Shown here: positions 56,357 to 64,000 of the stretch, in pieces
Numbering within the stretch: position 1 is the stretch's first letter
How the letters are laid out: every line of letters begins with the position of its first letter
DNA from: Coniocarpon cinnabarinum
Taxonomy: Eukaryota
DNA length: 64,000 bases
Direction of reading: 5' to 3'
NCBI GenBank assembly: GCA_051942205.1
Contig: JAVECO010000034.1
Coordinates: forward strand, 1 to 64,000
Program-made: the position numbers and the translations under genes
Notes under the pieces: generated by a model
Databases searched by the model: none
Seen by the model: only the letters and a program-made list of their open reading frames with translations
Told to the model about the DNA's origin: nothing

Positions 56357-59239
56357 ATGGCCTTCAAGAACAGCACTGCCTCAGTATCTTTCTTCCCTTC
56401 AACGTCCGATCTATACATGGCAATGCCCCGGCTTGGATCTTCGATAGCAGGCTTCTTCGGTGTCAACGATCTATCATGGTTCAGCAACATTACAGGCAAT
56501 GACACTTCTCAAATCTTCTCTTCTACTGCGAGCTTGCTCAGCTTGACTCCGCCGGCAGCAAGACCCGTGGACGATACGTCTTCTTGGATGCCGACAGGCC
56601 TGTTTGATGGTGTCTGGCTCACCCTCTCTCGTCTCTCGCATCTAGATGGAATATTCAGTTACTTATGGAGCAAGTGGGCAATCACCACCATGCTCATGGT
56701 AGGCTAACACAGACAATGGTGCACTGCGAGTCCCGGCTAATATATACGCTCCCAGGCTATCCTCTTGAATCGTGCGCGCATCTTCTCATCCGTCCGACAA
56801 CCCGTCCACCTCACCTGGAAATCTCGTCTCTTCTTGCGCATCGTGCCCATAATTCTGTTGATGCAACAAGCGACGTTGATATTACAAGCACTGAGATGCC
56901 AGACTGGGTTTCAATTGCCACAAATACGATTCAAGGACTCTTCGGACATTATCAACAAATCTTGGATTACTGGGACCCCTACTGTCCTTCTTAAAACAGT
57001 GTCGTACTTGCTATTTTGGCAAAGCACTGAAGACTCTTGTCTCGCAGCAGGGATGGTACCACCGGCGGAAAATTCAATGCAGTGGCACGGCTCTACAGTT
57101 TTTCTCTGGCCCCTCTTCATTGTGCTTGGCGCCAGTCAACTCGTCGAGACGGTGGCTTCCGCCCTTCAAGGTCGTGCAGTTCGTTCGGAAACGGGCATGA
57201 ACATGTTTGAGCATTCCCTTGCATTTGCAGAAGCGGAGACAGTGGCGAGGGCTGCTGTCGGCATTGGTTTGTTCGGACTGCCAAGGGCATCGAATGACCC
57301 TCCAAATGCCACTGAGTCCGATTCCTCAAGCACAGGAAAGCTGCACACATTCACGCGTGGCATGCTTCTTCAGAAACTCAATGTTCCCCCTGAAGTCTTG
57401 CTGATATGTCTGATCTCATGCTCTAGTCATCTCAGCAGTCAACTTCTCGCAGTTGCAGGCCTCCAAAATCGATACCGTCTTCTCAACACAGGGACCTGGG
57501 GAATACTGTTCATGGCGCTCTTTGTCTACAGTTTTGTCTCCTACTCGCATATCGGCGCTGTGGAAAATGTGCATATAATACGATACCCGACTGTATGCAT
57601 AATCGGATTTCTGCCCCACTTATTAACGATCATGGGAGCAGCGATCTGTTCACTCGTCTACGCTTTCGCCATTGGTTCTGTGCTAATGTCGCCTCCTCGC
57701 CAGTGGCGTCACCTATCTATCAAGGAGCAGATCAGGCTGGCTCATGCAAACATGTCAACGCACTCTTCCTGGACAAGCATACGGATATCCATGGGCGATG
57801 ATTTCTATCAATTTGTACTCCGAGTGGGCTATCAGATGCTCGTAGCGGCGGCTCAGGCAGTTTACTTCCGAGAGGGCTTGCAAGTGACCTTGAATCCGCA
57901 GACTTGGCTTGAGAAGGCTCGTTACGACGAAGCGACGAAGACTGGTCATCAGCATACCAACCTTGTACCTCTGGAGCTGCAGCGCGAATTCTCTCGTGGT
58001 GACGGTTTTGGTCTGACCGACGAGCCGCCTCAGACTGGATCTGATGGACTCCCATTGCCGTCGGGATACGCTCGCGAGCGTAAAACCATGGCTAATTTGA
58101 GCAAGTCAGGAGCAGCTGCAATGACGGAGCAAGGCGTCGGCATATCTCAACGCGGCGGCAGGTGGACCATGTCATGGAAGCTTCTTGAGCAGACCTCAGA
58201 ATTGGTCAATTACTGCTGTGCCAGGTGCATTCTTGCAGGATATGGGCGTTTCGCTTGGAGTAAATCAGCCCCTCCCAAGTGGCTGCTACAGGCTGCCAAA
58301 ATCCATCAGTCTGCGCAATCACGCACCAACGGAAATGTCAACGATCCTTCCCAACAGCGCACGATTGAGTTCTGGCGCCTCACAGATGGTGGCGCATTTG
58401 AAGCGGCTAAGGATGGGAGCAACGTCGACGTTGAGTACGAAACGCGTCGACGTTTTGCTAATGAAAACAGCAAGGCACAGCCAGTCTCGGAAGCGAAGCT
58501 CGATGGCCATCTATACAACTGGTGGAAGGCAGGTGGCTGGTGGGGCGAGTCTGACTCCAGTGGGGAGTACAAGCCGCCACTACACGACGACCTGGATGAT
58601 CCCAACTTTGACACCACAAGTCAAGCTACCGTCGCGTCGACCTCGGGCTGGGAAACGGAATCCGCATCCTCAACTGGTAGTAACAAGACTGTGATTCCTC
58701 GTCGACACGTCGCTTCGTCGTCCGTCTCCAACGCCGATGACACACTCGACGAAACCTTCACCTTCCACAAGGACATTGCGAACCTCCTCGACCCGAAAAC
58801 GCCACAGCACAAACAAGATGCAAAGCTTCTTGCGCAGCGTCTTCGTTCTCCGGAGTCTCACAATGGTCCGATGACACGCTCCAGATACCAGCGCAGCGTC
58901 CTTCGTGAAACAATCAGTAAACTGCCAATGCAGCACTCGCAACTTCTCAGCGCCGAAGACGAAGCGCTCATGCTTGATCATCTCATCCAGACGCGCCGCC
59001 GGCCTCAAGCTAGTTCTTCGGGTAACGGCGCGACATGGCAGCAGGGTGGCAGCGGCATGGGCGAGGGTGGACCACAGTGCGCTGTATGCCACAGTAGTCC
59101 TCGGACTGTGCTCGTCTGGCCGTGTCGCTGCTTGAGTCTGTGTGATGACTGTCGAGTCACGCTCGCTGAGAACAATTTCGCAAAGTGTGTCTGCTGTCGA
59201 CGGGACGTGAGTGCTTTCAGTCGGCTGTACGTGCCGTAG
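56357..59239 (+). CDS. Multi-pass membrane RING (C3HC4) ubiquitin ligase, Asi1/Asi3-like, 2 exons
   Basis: Intron 56699-56755. GIFSYLWSKWA, LNRARIF, LQALRCQT, FEHSLAFAEAE, RYPTVCIIGFLPH and C-terminal CAVC...R..LVWPCRCLSLCDDCR...CVCCRRDV..FSRLYVP. Confidence 0.9.
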
Positions 59240-60063
59240 GATCATGCGTCGTGGCTGGGATGAAGGAGGAGCACAGAAGGAGAGTGAGGTGAGGTTTGGG
59301 AGGGCGAGTGTTTGACATGCATAGCGAGGTTATGAGTATGATTCTTCTAGGCATTCTTCGATGGCAATGATAGGTAGCACAGGAATGAACAGCATAGAGA
59401 TATTGCAGTAGGTCTTCATTCGAGCTTTTCTGCTTAGAGAGTGTGTCAATTGGCTTTCTTCAACTTTGTGGATGATGATTCGAAAAGTTTTTAGAGCCAT
59501 GAGTGGTAGCTATTACCCGGCGGGTCTATTGCAGAGAAAAACTCGTACGTGAATTAGATGTTTATGTAGTACGTATTAGTCTACCTCTAGATATTGGGTA
59601 GGTGTTACAAATCAAAGAGAGTTGAACTTTGCTATTATATAGCACAGCCAGTGCGGAGTACAGAGCACTAACTATTTATATTGTTTCTAGCTAATAAATT
59701 ATTATACTACAATTTATAAATATTCTTTCAGATAGAAAGCTAAAATGTTATATACTGTGACAACATAATGCTACGACCCAGCTCTTTCTAGCAGATATTT
59801 GCTGTTTTTAAAAGCGTCCGGGCGCCAGTTTATGCAAGTATCGCATCCTCTCAATAAACAACAGAAGTCTGGATGGGCTACTTCGGCGACATGCTCTGCA
59901 GAAGCTTAGTGACTGAAACATGAGTAGCACTGATAGAACAAGACATGAGCGTCAGGGACAAGGTAAGGGACCTCAAAAGATCCTGAACACAATGTCAGCA
60001 AGCAAGCATGCGCTGTACATCTACAGAAACCTCTATCTCTATCAAACATCCGGGTATCACACT

Positions 60064-62634
60064 CTACAGATTCGCTCTTGTCCTCAACGGCGCCCGCCTT
60101 CTCCGTTCGGTTCTTCGCGCATCCTCCACCTCCAACCTCCCACGCGTCTTCTCCCCGCCATGAGTCTCATCAACCCCAGCCGTCTTCCAAAGCGCCTCAC
60201 TCACCGTCCCCACAAGTCTCAAAACCCGTTCCACAACCGCCTCCCCGTCTCGACGATTCTTCCCCTCTAGCCGACTCTTACTGATTTCCTCCGCAAACTC
60301 CCACAATCGTCCACTTGCCATCAACACACTGTTGGAATCCCGCCGCGGCGTCCAATCTGGCATCAGCCGGATCATCTCCGGTGGTCCCTTCCCGTCTTTC
60401 GCCGGTTTCTTGAATTGCAATATCTCCTCTTCTTCGAAGCGAACGTACGCGTTTTTGAGCGTTTCTTTATTCACGGCTTCGAAGTAGGAGAGGTCGCCTT
60501 GGGCGAAGAGGGTCTTACCGAGGTGTTGGGAGGCGGTTTGGAAGGCCTTGCTGTCGAGCCAGGGGGATGGTGGCGGTGATGATGTTGGCGACTGTGGTGC
60601 AGAGCTGGAAGCTGGCGGTGTGAGCATTAGCAAGCTTATTGCGCCGAGCCATGCGGCTTCGATGAAGGGCCATATTAGGAAGCAGTGGAAGTCGAAGTTG
60701 TTACGACCGGCGCTTCGTTCTGCGTTGGATAGCGAGACTGATATGATTTTGCTTTCTGAGCTGTCATTGCTGTCTGCGGCATGCTCGGTAGTCGATCGAG
60801 TGATGGCGAGGATATTATCCCTTTCCAAGCCAGCCAGAGTCTTCTGCAGATTCGTCTCGAGGCCTTCAGTGGGGAAGATGAATTCGCCACGGAAGAGCTG
60901 CGACAAGAAGGAGACCTGGGTAATAAGATCTTCATACGTTGTGGCCCCTGTGTCAGTATTAGATCCAGCTTTGATAGCCGTGTACATGGCAGCGGAGACC
61001 AGAGCTTCGTTGATGAAGAGATGGATGGTCATGTTGCGGTAGAAAGAGAGCTGGAAGCGGTCCACTGCGAAGTACGTCTCTTCTGCCAGATCAGTCTGCA
61101 CGCCCACAAGCTTGGGACCAAGGACTTCGAGACCGCGCTCAACTACGACTGTTGTTGGGAGACCCGCAAAGTGCGCGACGCGACCACCTTGGGAGCGCAC
61201 ACGCTCTGAGAGCCATTCAACTCGCTGAACGAGCTCGGATTTGCCTACACCACGACCGCGTAATGTGAGAAGCACTGTACCAATTAGAGAAGTGGGCATG
61301 ACGACCGATACCTCGTTGATCTCTGCCAGCACTCGATAACCTAATGTGCGAAGAAGCCGAAGGCGGAGGTTGGAGTCGTATGCTTTGTCTAGATCTCTCT
61401 GCTGATGTAGTGATAGTGCATCAAAGCGAGATTGCTGTTCATTGATGAAGCCTCGGAGCGACCAGGGCTGATGGAAGCGGACATCTACACGGCCTAAGCG
61501 GAGGCTCAACACAGAGGAGGTGGACAAAAAGTCAGCTAGATTCTCTTTTGGTTTGGGCTGGCCAAGTAGCTCAGAAATATAGCTATCGACCTCAATAACT
61601 TTATCATACTGCGTGCTGACAGGACAGATTATTGCATCGTCTACGCGGCCGGAGAGTAATGAGTCAAGTAGGAATGACAGAATGCCGAACTTGGGTGGTA
61701 GGAGTTTGCCCATTCGAGAACGTCCGCCTTCTATGAAGCATTCGAAGTTGAACCCCTTTTGTAACAGTGTGTCGATGTATGCCTGGACAAGCGTTTGATA
61801 CAGATGATCCTCTCCAAATGACCTGCGAATCCACATGGCGCCGGCATGCTGGAGGAAAGGTCCAACAACAGGAAAGTTGAGATTGTCGCCCGCGACAACA
61901 GTTGGCAACACAAGGCCTAAGCGGTAACAGATAAGCTGCAACGAAACATAGTCGACATGTGACCGGTGACATGGGAGAAAAATAATAGACTGGTTTTTCT
62001 TCGCCGCTTCCTCGGCCACGGACCTCAGTTGCAGTACCTCCTCGCTCGAAACGTGTATACCTTGGTGATATGCTCTTGTCAACAATTGGGTAACGAAGTA
62101 ATATGCGAAGCGAATGAATGGCTTGCTCTCCATCTTGCAAATCATGTCGTCCGTCATGTTGTCACAGACTTGATTAAGACTTGCTTCGATCCCTTCCTTC
62201 CTCTGGTCTCGTCTCCGAGAGTATCTGAGTGCGTCTTCTGCAGGCTGCCCGAACAAACCTAGATTCGATTCCTCCACAACACGCTTTTCCGCTAGCTCTT
62301 GAATCTTGCTCCGCAACATCGGTGAGGACAGTACTGCATTCTTCATGTTCTCAGAGAAGCCATTGTAGAAGACTGGCTGCCCCACGACTTTATCGTAGCT
62401 CCGCCAGCCAGATCCTTGGACATGCAAGCTGAGCTCACGCAGGAAGCTGAGAGGATCTTTCCTGAAGCGCGGAGCATGTTCGACTACCTCGCGGTCGTGA
62501 GTCTCGTGTTGTGAGCCTGTAGCCGACTCGGAATAGCCAGAAGGATACAGTGTGACCTGGTCACCGACGATAGAGATATCAGGAGCTGCATTGTCGGCGC
62601 CGACGTCTGAAGTGGAAGGTCTATGCCGGCTCAT
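60064..62634 (-). CDS. Glycerol-3-phosphate / dihydroxyacetone-phosphate acyltransferase (PlsB/GNPAT family)
   Basis: Acyltransferase motifs FLPCHRSHVDY, GAMWIRR, FIEGGRSR.GK and ICPVSTQYD. C-terminus is RANL. Confidence 0.93.
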   Translation of the reverse strand: MSRHRPSTSDVGADNAAPDISIVGDQVTLYPSGYSESATGSQHETHDREVVEHAPRFRKDPLSFLRELSLHVQGSGWRSYDKVVGQPVFYNGFSENMKNAVLSSPMLRSKIQELAEKRVVEESNLGLFGQPAEDALRYSRRRDQRKEGIEASLNQVCDNMTDDMICKMESKPFIRFAYYFVTQLLTRAYHQGIHVSSEEVLQLRSVAEEAAKKNQSIIFLPCHRSHVDYVSLQLICYRLGLVLPTVVAGDNLNFPVVGPFLQHAGAMWIRRSFGEDHLYQTLVQAYIDTLLQKGFNFECFIEGGRSRMGKLLPPKFGILSFLLDSLLSGRVDDAIICPVSTQYDKVIEVDSYISELLGQPKPKENLADFLSTSSVLSLRLGRVDVRFHQPWSLRGFINEQQSRFDALSLHQQRDLDKAYDSNLRLRLLRTLGYRVLAEINEVSVVMPTSLIGTVLLTLRGRGVGKSELVQRVEWLSERVRSQGGRVAHFAGLPTTVVVERGLEVLGPKLVGVQTDLAEETYFAVDRFQLSFYRNMTIHLFINEALVSAAMYTAIKAGSNTDTGATTYEDLITQVSFLSQLFRGEFIFPTEGLETNLQKTLAGLERDNILAITRSTTEHAADSNDSSESKIISVSLSNAERSAGRNNFDFHCFLIWPFIEAAWLGAISLLMLTPPASSSAPQSPTSSPPPSPWLDSKAFQTASQHLGKTLFAQGDLSYFEAVNKETLKNAYVRFEEEEILQFKKPAKDGKGPPEMIRLMPDWTPRRDSNSVLMASGRLWEFAEEISKSRLEGKNRRDGEAVVERVLRLVGTVSEALWKTAGVDETHGGEKTRGRLEVEDARRTERRRRAPLRTRANL

Positions 62635-62916
62635 AATACGTTGCGACTGGGAGTGTCAAGCATAGACACCGTGGCTGCTTGTGCTATTCATATTCAACGA
62701 CTCACACACTGCTTCACTCGGTGACAGCTAACTTTGGCGCGGACTCATCGTGCCGATTACCCACCCTGTCCAAATCTTTTTAGTTCTGGTGCCCGAGATT
62801 GAAGATACCAACACGTTTGCAGTTGAGATCTTGCCATATGTCAAACGACACATCCTTTTCAGTAAAGTGAGAAGAATACAAGGCGTCTGATCGACATTGT
62901 ACTTCTCACTTGAGGC

Positions 62917-64000
62917 ATGACTCGCGCCACAGCAGTTTCTGCGCCCGGAAAAGTGTTTTTGGCGGGAGGATACCTCGTCTTAGACCGGAAGCATACTGCG
63001 TTGACATTTGCTCTGGACGCCCGCATACATGTTGTGGTACAACACGCTGCAGGTCCTGATGCTGAGATTGCTTGTCATTCACCTCAATTTAAGGATGCAC
63101 ACTGGAAGTATAGATATGGCACGGATTCACAGTTGCAAGATATGAGCATGAAGCCCAATCCATTCGTCGAGACAGCTCTGCAATACGCTCTTAGCTACGT
63201 TGCTGCATTAAGTGGGACCGCTAATAGGCCGCTGCCGTAAGTCGTCGATGTGGTTGTGAAGCCGTAGTCAGGTAAAAGCTCATTACCAGTGTTTACTGGT
63301 CCAATGATATCGGCTGAGCGTTAGTGAAGAGCTGATTCAATCAATAGATTAGACATAGTGATCTTGGCTGATAATGATTACTATTCCCAAAGCTCCTCAG
63401 GCGACGCGCAATCTGATGCAGCTTCAACGCAAGCTAGCTTCCGCAAGTTTGACCTGCCTATCAATGAGGTCAACAAGACAGGATTGGGGTCGTCTGCCGC
63501 ATTGGTCACTGCGCTCACGGGCGCGGTGCTTGAATTCTACTCTTCGCAAGTAAGAGGCTTGCGACAGAAACCTTTGGAAGACCGCGCATGCTTGCATCGT
63601 TTGGCTCAACTAGCTCATTGCGCAGCTCAAGGTAAAGTCGGGTCAGGTTTTGATGTTGCGTCTGCAGTATTTGGGTCGTGCATATATAAGCGCTTCTCAC
63701 CATCAATACCGGAGCAGGTAGGTCCCGTAAATGATGCAAGTTTCGGTGAGCATTTAACACGCGTTGTGCAAGACGACACGATCTGGGACTACGAGATCAA
63801 TTCACATCGAAAAGTCAGCATCCCGCATGGACTTAAGCTGGTGATGTGCGATGTGGACTGTGGATCGCAAACGCCTGGAATGGTCAAACAAGTTCTCAAA
63901 TGGCGAAGCGAAAACCAGGTGGTGGCAGATCGAGTGTGGGACGAGCTACAGCAATGGAATGATGCGTTGGCCGATCGTCTGCACGGCATCAGCGAAGGGC
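62917..64000 (+). CDS. ERG8: Phosphomevalonate kinase (runs off the window end)
   Basis: SAPGKVFLAGGYLVLD and NPFVE. Intron 63237-63347, then ILADNDYYS, KTGLGSSAA, AHCAAQGKVGSGFDV and CDVDCGSQTPGMV. Confidence 0.96.

Noticed and set aside
59603..59762. Intact solo LTR call
   Set aside because: The flanks (GTAGG / ACATA) do not form a target-site duplication, so it is kept only as a low-interest AT-rich relic.

Overview
Eukaryotic, gene-dense DNA from a filamentous ascomycete (Pezizomycotina-like), judged from short GT-AG introns with CTRAC/CTAAT branch sites and fungal housekeeping genes. About 28 protein-coding loci. Conserved genes: a Kelch membrane protein, complex I PSST subunit, an EFM6-like methyltransferase, a YCII protein, MET6, a proline iminopeptidase, SYF1, VMA8, U1A/U2B'', FIG4, MCM6, an ASI-type RING ligase, a DHAP/G3P acyltransferase and ERG8. 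An accessory-looking block at about 19.8-36.2 kb holds a NACHT (NLR-like) gene with a dimeric hAT-type MITE in its last predicted intron, a frameshifted UPF1/DNA2-like SF1 helicase, an RTA1 protein, an SDR and a tandem pair of small Cys/His-rich genes. The most notable signals are: (i) a single in-frame TAG at a Trp-like position in a 654-codon frame, a candidate for A-to-I stop-codon editing; (ii) a TGA-CTAG readthrough context followed by 187 open codons; (iii) a perfectly bounded MITE dimer; (iv) an unrecognised duplicated Zn-finger-like microprotein pair sharing promoter motifs; (v) a 561-nt intron with box C/D-like features. All splice models were derived by eye and family calls come from motif recall; no database searches were run.
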